Shown piece after piece: positions 10,327-18,639 of a stretch of DNA of 35,388 nucleotides (position 1 is the first letter of the stretch; each line of letters starts with the position of its first letter). This DNA is from Bacteroidia bacterium (GTDB lineage: Bacteria; Bacteroidota; Bacteroidia; UKL13-3), in assembly GCA_044377255.1 (NCBI GenBank), contig JBILJL010000003.1, forward strand, positions 1-35,388, given 5' to 3'. The position numbers were made by a program, and so were the translations under genes. The notes under the pieces were generated by a model that was given only the letters and a program-made list of their open reading frames with translations, ran no database searches and was not told the origin of the DNA.

Positions 10327-12569
10327 TATGGATAAATGTTTAAAGAATCTGTTAATTGAGAAACACTGAAAATAAACTTACCAGGCTCAATAACAAATTT
10401 GTTATCAAGGCCTACAAAGGCAAGCCTTTCGGCAGGTATAGAAAATTTAAGCTCCTTACTTTCATTAGGATTTAATGTAACTTTATTAAAGGCACACAGT
10501 CTTTTCACAGAAGGAGTTATGCTTGCAACAACATCCGAACTAAAAACAAGCACTGATTCAGACCCAGAAATGGACCCTACATTTTTTACAACAACACTTA
10601 GTAAAATACTATCTTTTGAATTAGCCTCCCTGTTCGCAATCTTCATATCCGAATAGCTAAATTGGGTATAACTCAAACCATGTCCGAATGGAAACAATGG
10701 ATCAAAACCCAAGGGCTTAAAATCATTGTTCAACACTTCTATGTATTTGCAATCATAGGTTGTATGCGTACCAGCAAAACGAGGAAATGTAAAAGGTAAT
10801 TTTCCACTTGGATTTACAGTACCACTTACAATATTAGCAATAGCCATTGCCCCTTCATCACCGGGTAAAGCAGCATAAATTATTCCATCGCACAAAGGCT
10901 CCATAGCAGCAAAAGTTCTTGGCCTGCCCTCTAATAAAATAACAATTACCTTCTTTCCTGCCAGTTTATATATAGAAATCAACTCTTGCTGTGCACTACT
11001 CAACTCAAGGTCGTTGATGTCGCCGGGCTTTTCTGTATAAGTATCTTCCCCCAAACACAAAACTACTGTATTGATTCCAGTTGCCGCTTTTAACAAGGCG
11101 CTTGGCGATAAATGATTGGCATAGGTATTACCAGATAAATAAGTAACATTAGACTTTCCAAAAACATTTTTAAAGGCCCCTACAACAGTTGGCACTTTTG
11201 AGTTATATGACGTGTCTCTACCCTGCCAAGTATGCGTCCAGCCACCGTTTAAGGCATTGATATAATCTGCATTTGGACCAGTTATCAAGATTTTTTCTCC
11301 TACATTTAGTGGTAAAATATGATTCTCGTTTTTAAGCAATACAATACTTTGAGTGGCCAATTCATAACTTAATTTTTTACTTTCTAGTGAACCAGGTTGA
11401 ATATAAGATTCCATAGCTGGTAGTTTTTCATCAAATAAACCCAACTCGTATTTTAAAGTAAGAATTCTTAGCACCGCTTCGTCTATTCTTTGCTGCTTAA
11501 TTTTTCCCTCCTTCACATTTTCAATGAGGTATTGGGTAAATACTAAATCCATTGGAACCATTGCCAAATCTATGCCTGCATTGATTGCCAAAGCCACTGC
11601 CTCTTTATAAGTAGCAGCAATCTTATGCCTATCAGTTAAGTTTTTAATGTCTTCCCAATCTGTTACAGTTATTCCCTTAAATTTCAGTTCATCTCTCAAT
11701 ATAGTTTGTAAATAAAACTTACTAGCATGCACTGGTTCACCATTAATTTCAGAAGAGTTAATCATAATGGTTTTTGCTCCTGCCTCAATTGCTTTTGCAA
11801 AAGGATATAAAAATATTTGACGCAATTGGCGCTCTGCAATATAAGCTGGCGTTCTATCATGTCCACTTCTAGGATCACTGTAACCAACATAATGCTTTAA
11901 ACAAGCTGCAACTCCAGCGTATTCGCCACCAGCAGTGTTTTGGTAACCTTTTACCATAGCCACTCCCATTTGAGAAACCAAAAATGGATCCTCCCCAAAA
12001 GTTTCCCAAAACCTTGGCCACATTGGATTTCTTCCAACATCTAAAACTGGAGAAAAATTCCAAGGAATACCACTAGCCCTCACATCGGATGCAACATAAG
12101 TGGCCATTTTTTCTGCCAATGCTGGATTAAATGTTGCTGCCAAAGCAATTTGTTGAGGATAAAGTGTTGCCCCAACAGTATAATTGGCACCATGTATGGC
12201 ATCTATACCATACAAAATAGGTACTTGTAACCTACTTTGTAAACTGTATTTCTTGATAGCCGCATGCACCTCTTTCCAGTAAGAAATTGGATAGGTATGT
12301 CCGCCTACATTTAAAATTGAACCAATACCCATTTTCACAATTACGTTCCTCAGTTTAGCCGTATCCATGGCATGCTGAATTTCCAATTGAAATCCTTCAC
12401 CTTTGGTTATCATTTCAATGGTAAGCTGAGTCATTTGACCTGCCTTTTCCTCCAAAGTCATCTTGCTCATCAAAGCCTTTGCTTGTGCTTCTGCCGTTTT
12501 TTTCTGTGGCATACCGCATTGCATTAAAAAGGCCAACAATGAAAACATGCCTAGCAATTTTCTATTCAT
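10326..12569 (-). CDS. GH3 beta-glucosidase, probable lipoprotein
   Basis: MTLEEKAGQM, GIDAIHG, ETFGEDP, CLKHY, VTDWED nucleophile, NPSGKLP, PFGHGLSYT and Fn3-like tail. Start moved to ATG 12569 (MNRKLL..LMQC) to avoid overlap with the upstream gene. Confidence 0.93.
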   Translation of the reverse strand: MNRKLLGMFSLLAFLMQCGMPQKKTAEAQAKALMSKMTLEEKAGQMTQLTIEMITKGEGFQLEIQHAMDTAKLRNVIVKMGIGSILNVGGHTYPISYWKEVHAAIKKYSLQSRLQVPILYGIDAIHGANYTVGATLYPQQIALAATFNPALAEKMATYVASDVRASGIPWNFSPVLDVGRNPMWPRFWETFGEDPFLVSQMGVAMVKGYQNTAGGEYAGVAACLKHYVGYSDPRSGHDRTPAYIAERQLRQIFLYPFAKAIEAGAKTIMINSSEINGEPVHASKFYLQTILRDELKFKGITVTDWEDIKNLTDRHKIAATYKEAVALAINAGIDLAMVPMDLVFTQYLIENVKEGKIKQQRIDEAVLRILTLKYELGLFDEKLPAMESYIQPGSLESKKLSYELATQSIVLLKNENHILPLNVGEKILITGPNADYINALNGGWTHTWQGRDTSYNSKVPTVVGAFKNVFGKSNVTYLSGNTYANHLSPSALLKAATGINTVVLCLGEDTYTEKPGDINDLELSSAQQELISIYKLAGKKVIVILLEGRPRTFAAMEPLCDGIIYAALPGDEGAMAIANIVSGTVNPSGKLPFTFPRFAGTHTTYDCKYIEVLNNDFKPLGFDPLFPFGHGLSYTQFSYSDMKIANREANSKDSILLSVVVKNVGSISGSESVLVFSSDVVASITPSVKRLCAFNKVTLNPNESKELKFSIPAERLAFVGLDNKFVIEPGKFIFSVSQLTDSLNIYP

Positions 12570-12573
12570 TTCG

Positions 12574-13749
12574 TTAGTTTTTTTGTATACTAATTTCATC
12601 CACCCAAACATCTCCAATTCCATTCATTTGAATTAAAAACTGTTTGAACCTATTTGTGTCAAAACCATTTTTATCAAAATTAAAATCTGCAAATGGAATG
12701 GTAACCTCCATCCAGTTTTCTTTGAGCTTACTTGGTTTACTGTAATTACTATGAACATTCACCAAATTGGTTTTTCCATTATACGACTCAAAGCCAACTT
12801 GTAATTGACCCAAAGCGGCCGGATAATTTCCTTTAACAAAGAAATGTAGGCTTAGTTGACTCATTGAATCTTGAATTGCTATTGCTTGCCAATGATCCCA
12901 ATTTAAACCCATTTGCCTGTTACCCTTGCCCATTTCTTGCTCATTCCATTTTAGGTTCAAACCTTTATTGCCCGAATAATATTCATCACTTGTTAATGTG
13001 ATGTTTCTTCCCGGATAATTACCCAATCCCCATGCATAAGTTAACTCATCATGGAACAAAACAATGGGGTAATTTGTAGCAGTTACCTGACCAAATTTCT
13101 GACTGCTACCAGGTTTAATTTCTGCACCACCTATTTTCAATTCATCAAACAAAAATGCACCAGACCCTTGGCACTCTATGTTTAAACTTTTGATATTACT
13201 AAAATCACTCAATGGCGCAGCCGCTTGTAGAAAGGCACTCAAAGGAATGCTCACTTTTTGCCATTGCGTATCAATTGGATAGCGTTGCAATTGTTTTGCT
13301 TTTAAAACAGTTGCTGTTTGCACTCCCGCGTAATCCTCTAATAAAAAAATAAGCGTTGGAATAAATTGTTTGCCCTCAATGGCACGCATATAAAAATCAA
13401 TACTACCCGTTGCCATCACGTCACTCAAATCCTTTGGTGCATAACCATTCCAGCCAATTCCAAATCCAATCCAAGGACATTTTCCTGTTTTGTCCCAGCT
13501 TATACTTAAACTTGACTTACCAGAATAAGAAATACTATCTATACGGGCAAAGTTTTTACAATCTGTTTTTTCTAAACCCCAAACATCCACAGATTGATCG
13601 CTATAAACTTCTCTATCTTGAAACTCTCTTGAAGACTTAGAATCATAGGTGCTTCCCCATTCATCTACCAATACTGTTTGCTGCATGTGAATGCCGCATG
13701 CGCTTAGCAAAACGAATAGAACAAAATAAAATACTACTAACTTTTTCAT
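12574..13749 (-). CDS. Lipoprotein with two tandem CBM-like (galactose-binding-like fold) domains
   Basis: Lipobox LSAC. Internal repeat WGL..YSGxxxLxxxW..W..VxIPxxxF..DE occurs twice. Confidence 0.7.
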   Translation of the reverse strand: MKKLVVFYFVLFVLLSACGIHMQQTVLVDEWGSTYDSKSSREFQDREVYSDQSVDVWGLEKTDCKNFARIDSISYSGKSSLSISWDKTGKCPWIGFGIGWNGYAPKDLSDVMATGSIDFYMRAIEGKQFIPTLIFLLEDYAGVQTATVLKAKQLQRYPIDTQWQKVSIPLSAFLQAAAPLSDFSNIKSLNIECQGSGAFLFDELKIGGAEIKPGSSQKFGQVTATNYPIVLFHDELTYAWGLGNYPGRNITLTSDEYYSGNKGLNLKWNEQEMGKGNRQMGLNWDHWQAIAIQDSMSQLSLHFFVKGNYPAALGQLQVGFESYNGKTNLVNVHSNYSKPSKLKENWMEVTIPFADFNFDKNGFDTNRFKQFLIQMNGIGDVWVDEISIQKN

Positions 13750-14783
13750 TAAGGTTGAAAAGGTGTATTATAAGTAAATGAACAATAATCCATTCCTACT
13801 CTTGTTGCACCAGAGGTTCCAGCCTGTGCTAGCAACAAAAATTGAGTGGCAATAATTCTATCTAAATCTTTTCTTCCGGTACGATCCACATTTCCAAAGC
13901 CACCTGAGGTAGAAATTTTAGTAGCCGAATAAGGAAAACTTACCAATTTCCAACCAGTCCAATTTACAGGGAAACGGTAGGTATAAGCGCCTTCTTCAGC
14001 TGGCTGATAAATGCCATCTTTGTTGTCATCTTCTTGAAACTCTATGCTCATTTCTGCCTTGTTATCACCCCATCCATAAACATAGGCATTGAAGAATACC
14101 TTCTCTGGATTATCTGTACTGAAACTAAAATAATTTTCACCAGTACCTTGGCTAACTTTTGCGGATAGGTTCATACCGCATAAAAATAAACTAGCGCTCG
14201 GGCCATGGTTTCCTGCCAAAACATAGTAACGTGTTTTTTCGGCTGGTGATATTCCTTGATAATTAACTGTAGCTCCATTGAATGATTGTTGGCCCTCGGT
14301 AAAAGTGTTGTAAGGCCTTTGTGGGCTCTCAAAATCATCTATTAAAATATCCACTGAAGGTGTGGGCCTAACATCAGTAATAACAATGGTATCTGAATAT
14401 AAAGTATCAGGATAGGAATCAAAACTCATTCGTGCCACACAAGGTTCATTCTTTCTAAAAAACGGTGCAAAGGTTATCGTTCCATTCCAAGCCAATTGGT
14501 TCAGGCTAAAATCTTTGTCGTTGCCCGTAAATACCTTTCTAGCACCGCTGTTTAAGCCAATAACCTCAACTGTCCATTTGGTTCTTATGCTTAAGGTTGT
14601 TTTATAATAAACAATGTCTCCTTTGGCAAAATCTGCAGTTTTTTGTGAGGCACGCAATGGCTCCATTATTTTAAATTCCCCAAATATATCAACCAACTCC
14701 GGTCCTTCTATTGAGCTATCTTTCTTACATGCTGCAAGAAAAACTATGGCTATTAGCCCAAAATATATGATAATCTTATTCAT
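13749..14783 (-). CDS. Surface lipoprotein, putative glycan-binding protein
   Basis: Lipobox LAAC-KKD. C-terminal domain starts LIDDFE and contains VNWTGWKLVSFPY, a CBM11-like pattern. Confidence 0.7.
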   Translation of the reverse strand: MNKIIIYFGLIAIVFLAACKKDSSIEGPELVDIFGEFKIMEPLRASQKTADFAKGDIVYYKTTLSIRTKWTVEVIGLNSGARKVFTGNDKDFSLNQLAWNGTITFAPFFRKNEPCVARMSFDSYPDTLYSDTIVITDVRPTPSVDILIDDFESPQRPYNTFTEGQQSFNGATVNYQGISPAEKTRYYVLAGNHGPSASLFLCGMNLSAKVSQGTGENYFSFSTDNPEKVFFNAYVYGWGDNKAEMSIEFQEDDNKDGIYQPAEEGAYTYRFPVNWTGWKLVSFPYSATKISTSGGFGNVDRTGRKDLDRIIATQFLLLAQAGTSGATRVGMDYCSFTYNTPFQP

Positions 14784-14790
14784 AATTTTA

Positions 14791-16521
14791 TTAAAAAAAC
14801 AAATTATACAAAACGGTAAAACGATTGATTTTATATTGGTTTTCTGGCAGCAATTGATTACCCCAATTGGTTTGCTGAAACTGTAACTTCAAACAATTAT
14901 TCTTACTAAATTGATAGTTGATACCACCAATATAAAGCGTTTCATTTAAATCGGCCTTAAAGGCATTGTAAAAGATTACTTCATTAAAGCTGTTTCTCTC
15001 TGCCAAATATTCATTACCTGTAGCATTCACAAAAATGCTTGCAAACTGTAATTCCAATTTAGGTATTACCTCAAACTCTATACCTACCTTCAATTGGTTG
15101 GTTTTCAAATCTATTTTATCAATCCCTTCAACACCATCTCTCGTGGTATTTTGAATGCGACCATAAACCCCAACATGCAATTTCTTTTTGCCTTTATACA
15201 ATTCATTCAAACCCAGATCAGCATAAGCTTCTATGTGGGTGAAGCTTCTCAAATTAGTAGTTCCTTGACCTGTTATTTCGTTATACATTGAACCTTCTGC
15301 GCCCAATTTCAACAGTTGCTTTTTAGAGTGACTCCAACCCAATTCTATATCTGCACCCTGCCTGTTCGGTGTTGCTTTTCCGTAAGGCAACATGTTTTCA
15401 TAAGCAGGATTGTATACTTTTAATGCGGGATTTAAAAACATGTTATAATAGTTGCCATCAGTTAAAATATCAAGTATGGTTGCTGGCCTAACAGATTCTC
15501 TGTTGGTATAATATGGATATTCACTTGCCACCATGTTATAATCTACTCTTCTACTTTGAGCACCCATGCTCCTAAAACTGGTTTCCACACTTCTATAAGA
15601 AGCCCCAATTGTCCATGATTGTTTCTTGTTTTGCAAATCAAATCCTGCATCAACAAACCCGCCATCTGGCACATTTGGCGCGCCTGCAATATTATCAAAG
15701 GTAACCTTAGAATTACCCAACTCAGCCTTTAGGTTCAATAGGTGATTGCTTAGGGTAATTTTTTCTTTAGCTGCTATACTTTGAACATTGTTTTTAAACA
15801 AGCCATTAGAAAACATGGCCGAGTTTTTAACATCAAATATATATACATAATTATAAGCTAAACTCAATTGATGAAAAGCCCTCGCCTCAACAGTGCCGCT
15901 AGAAAACAAGCGATCTGGCGTACTAAAATAATCTGTTTGTCTGTTCTTTGCAATCATACCTGTTACATGCAGGTGATCTAAATGCTTGTCAAAATCAAAA
16001 CCAATATCAGCAGTGGCACCTTGCTGTCTCCAAGAATTCTTACCATAAAATTTATCATAGTCTATAATCTCCGAAAAAGTATTTAACGCCAAAGGATTGT
16101 GTGCACTTAATTCTCCGGTAGGATTATATAATGTATAAGGAGTCATTCTTGTGTTTAAATCGCCCACCTGATATTTAACGCGCTTAAACATTAAACCACG
16201 TAAATACAATTCACGCAAATAAAAAGTAATGCCTCCACCCCAAAAACCATTGATATCATTGGTAACACGAGTAATGGCTTTGATTTCTGTTTCCTCTGTT
16301 GGCCTAATATGAAAGCCCAAATCAAACAAAGTAGCTCCTGTCATTTGCTTCCTCGCAGTGGTGGTATCCTTATCCAATAATGGTCCGCTCAAATTGCCAT
16401 TGTTCAATAAAAATCGGCCTGAACCAAAAAAATCAACCTTCTTTTCTTGCTTGTCTTGTCCAAAAACAAACATTGGCATTGCAGCCAATAACAACAATAT
16501 ATATGTATAAATAACTTTCAT
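14791..16521 (-). CDS. Uncharacterised outer-membrane beta-barrel protein
   Basis: Signal peptide, many alternating hydrophobic strands, C-terminal VLYNLFF. No SusC motifs. Confidence 0.7.
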   Translation of the reverse strand: MKVIYTYILLLLAAMPMFVFGQDKQEKKVDFFGSGRFLLNNGNLSGPLLDKDTTTARKQMTGATLFDLGFHIRPTEETEIKAITRVTNDINGFWGGGITFYLRELYLRGLMFKRVKYQVGDLNTRMTPYTLYNPTGELSAHNPLALNTFSEIIDYDKFYGKNSWRQQGATADIGFDFDKHLDHLHVTGMIAKNRQTDYFSTPDRLFSSGTVEARAFHQLSLAYNYVYIFDVKNSAMFSNGLFKNNVQSIAAKEKITLSNHLLNLKAELGNSKVTFDNIAGAPNVPDGGFVDAGFDLQNKKQSWTIGASYRSVETSFRSMGAQSRRVDYNMVASEYPYYTNRESVRPATILDILTDGNYYNMFLNPALKVYNPAYENMLPYGKATPNRQGADIELGWSHSKKQLLKLGAEGSMYNEITGQGTTNLRSFTHIEAYADLGLNELYKGKKKLHVGVYGRIQNTTRDGVEGIDKIDLKTNQLKVGIEFEVIPKLELQFASIFVNATGNEYLAERNSFNEVIFYNAFKADLNETLYIGGINYQFSKNNCLKLQFQQTNWGNQLLPENQYKINRFTVLYNLFF

Positions 16522-16522
16522 A

Positions 16523-18490
16523 TTAAAAGAATAATTTTAGTTCTATGGTGGTTTCTGTTCCCTTGATATTGTCTTGCACAAAGCTCTGATCTACCTGACT
16601 CATCCACCTTCTCCGCAAATACAGATTAGTGTTCTTAGATAGATGAATATCCAAACCCAATCCAAACAATTTTCCAGTTTGGTTGATTGCGTCGTTATTA
16701 ATACTTCCAACCTTTCCATCCTTGTTATCTCCCTTATTGAGTTGCTTGTTTCCTTTTATGTACTCTCTACCAAAAGTGGTAACCAAACTTACGTCTTTGT
16801 GTAGCATAAAAACGCCATCTAACTCGTGGTAATATGTGCGCAAATAAGCACTGCTACTGAAATCTGGCAATAAGGCAAATTGGCTTTGGGCTGATCCAAA
16901 TGACCCTACATAAAGCACATAAAATGGCAACCAAGATAAGTTCACTCTTTGCTTTAATTGAACTTGTAACATGTTAAATCCTAACAAACTTTTTGGCATA
17001 CCTATTTCATTGGTATCTATAATTTGCATGGTTTGCGAAAAACCCCTGAAATAGGATGTCCAATTACTGTATGCACCTACATTATTTGTAAATGGTGTAA
17101 AGCGAGAAAATGGCAATGCATTTATCTTATGTCCAAATGCCACCTGCCTGCTCATAGAACTTACCTCCATTGAGCTCATGTTTCCTACATTTAATTTGGT
17201 TGATTTTGTTAAGTCGAACCAAGCATTTACGCTGAATCCTTTTCTATTATTACTCACCTGACCAACATCTGTAATGGATCCGGCAAAATTGCTTATACCT
17301 CCACTTCCACCTAGAGTTGCGCCATTTTGGTTCAAAGCTGCTGTGCTTACAATATTGGTGTTGAAGCTTAAAAAATTACCATAGTAATTGATAAACTGCG
17401 GACTCAAATAAAATGCTTCTAATTCTATTGGAATCTTGGTAACTTTTGCTGGGGTTCTTAACAATATTCTTCCTGCATTTCCCCAACCTTCCTTTTGTAC
17501 TTGTGAGTAGAGTTGACCTCTTCCCATTTCGGCAGAAACCACAAATCCCTTGTAATTTAAATCATATGAAAAGGTAAAGAGCTGAATGCCGGCTTGCTCT
17601 TTTGCTGTAGAATCTACAAACAATCGATAGTCCATGGTATTGATCCCTATGCTTTGGTTTTTAAACTTCTTTTTAATCTTTCCACCCAACACATAAGAAG
17701 GAATATTACTGGTTATAAATGCTTGAGCTGGCGTGGTGCCATATAAGAACCTAAATGAAACATTGCCAGGTAATTCTTCACCATCAACCAATAAGCCCTT
17801 AAAAGGCTGCATCCCAAAACGCATGTCTCTGCTGATGCTTCCATAACTGTAATAATTAGATGCCCTATCATAAGAAACTGCATTGCCCTCCCAAGGCCAA
17901 CGCTCATAAATGCTAAATCTTTGGTATCCTATAAAGCTACTGAATACCATGCCACTCAGCTCCACCCAATTGATACCGCCCATGTGAGCCGTAAATTTTC
18001 CAACATCTGTTTGTATGCTGCCTGTTAAATTAATTCCTAAGTTTAAGTTAATTGGACTGGTACCTGGGTTTCCAGAAAAGTTATGGTATAAGGCATAATC
18101 CATCCCAATAAATGTTTTAGAAGTAGGCTGAACCGATAAATTCAATAGCATCATGGGTGGGTCTCTGTATACATCCCCTGTGCCCAATATGTATGCAGGA
18201 GCACTGGCATAGGGATTTCCTGGTATTACCACAAATGGTTGTTCAAGGTTTCTGTTGATTCCAAAAAATCGGTAATAGCCACCTACATTCAACTTTTTTA
18301 AGGGAATCAAACCTGCAGGCCCAGTTGCAATTGGCTTATAGGTAGAATCTGTTTCTAAATCCTGAGCCTTTAATTCATGAGGGAAGACCACGAAACAGGC
18401 AAACCCAATCACAATTAATAATCTGTTTAAAAAGTAAGATGAATTCAATATCCTTTTAATTATTCCGTGAATCTCAATGATAGTTAGCAA
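16523..18490 (-). CDS. Uncharacterised outer-membrane beta-barrel protein (start may be TTG 18448)
   Basis: Signal peptide ending LKA-Q, amphipathic strands, C-terminal IELKLFF. First gene of the operon. Confidence 0.7.
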   Translation of the reverse strand: MLTIIEIHGIIKRILNSSYFLNRLLIVIGFACFVVFPHELKAQDLETDSTYKPIATGPAGLIPLKKLNVGGYYRFFGINRNLEQPFVVIPGNPYASAPAYILGTGDVYRDPPMMLLNLSVQPTSKTFIGMDYALYHNFSGNPGTSPINLNLGINLTGSIQTDVGKFTAHMGGINWVELSGMVFSSFIGYQRFSIYERWPWEGNAVSYDRASNYYSYGSISRDMRFGMQPFKGLLVDGEELPGNVSFRFLYGTTPAQAFITSNIPSYVLGGKIKKKFKNQSIGINTMDYRLFVDSTAKEQAGIQLFTFSYDLNYKGFVVSAEMGRGQLYSQVQKEGWGNAGRILLRTPAKVTKIPIELEAFYLSPQFINYYGNFLSFNTNIVSTAALNQNGATLGGSGGISNFAGSITDVGQVSNNRKGFSVNAWFDLTKSTKLNVGNMSSMEVSSMSRQVAFGHKINALPFSRFTPFTNNVGAYSNWTSYFRGFSQTMQIIDTNEIGMPKSLLGFNMLQVQLKQRVNLSWLPFYVLYVGSFGSAQSQFALLPDFSSSAYLRTYYHELDGVFMLHKDVSLVTTFGREYIKGNKQLNKGDNKDGKVGSINNDAINQTGKLFGLGLDIHLSKNTNLYLRRRWMSQVDQSFVQDNIKGTETTIELKLFF

Positions 18491-18541
18491 AATACCTCAT
18501 ATCACCTCCCCAACTCACCTACTTCAAAGCAATTACAACCT

Positions 18542-18558
18542 ACAACATCACTACTACA
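18542..18558. promoter_or_regulatory. Putative regulator box, copy 1 (ACAACATCACTACTACA)
   Basis: 15/17 match to the two identical copies. Lies between the operon and the divergent regulator. Confidence 0.65.
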
Positions 18559-18639
18559 AAACTTGTCAAGTATCTGTAAATAAATATTTTATTGCTTGTA
18601 AGATAAAAGAGAATTTACTATAATTGATTCTACATTGAT

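Noticed and set aside
12570-12623. Longer GH3 start from the ORF track
   Set aside because: It overlaps the upstream gene. ATG 12569 gives a proper signal peptide.
14791-18490. Calling these genes susC/susD
   Set aside because: Too short for SusC, with no plug or carboxypeptidase-like N-terminal motifs. Neither has a lipobox or the helical SusD pattern.
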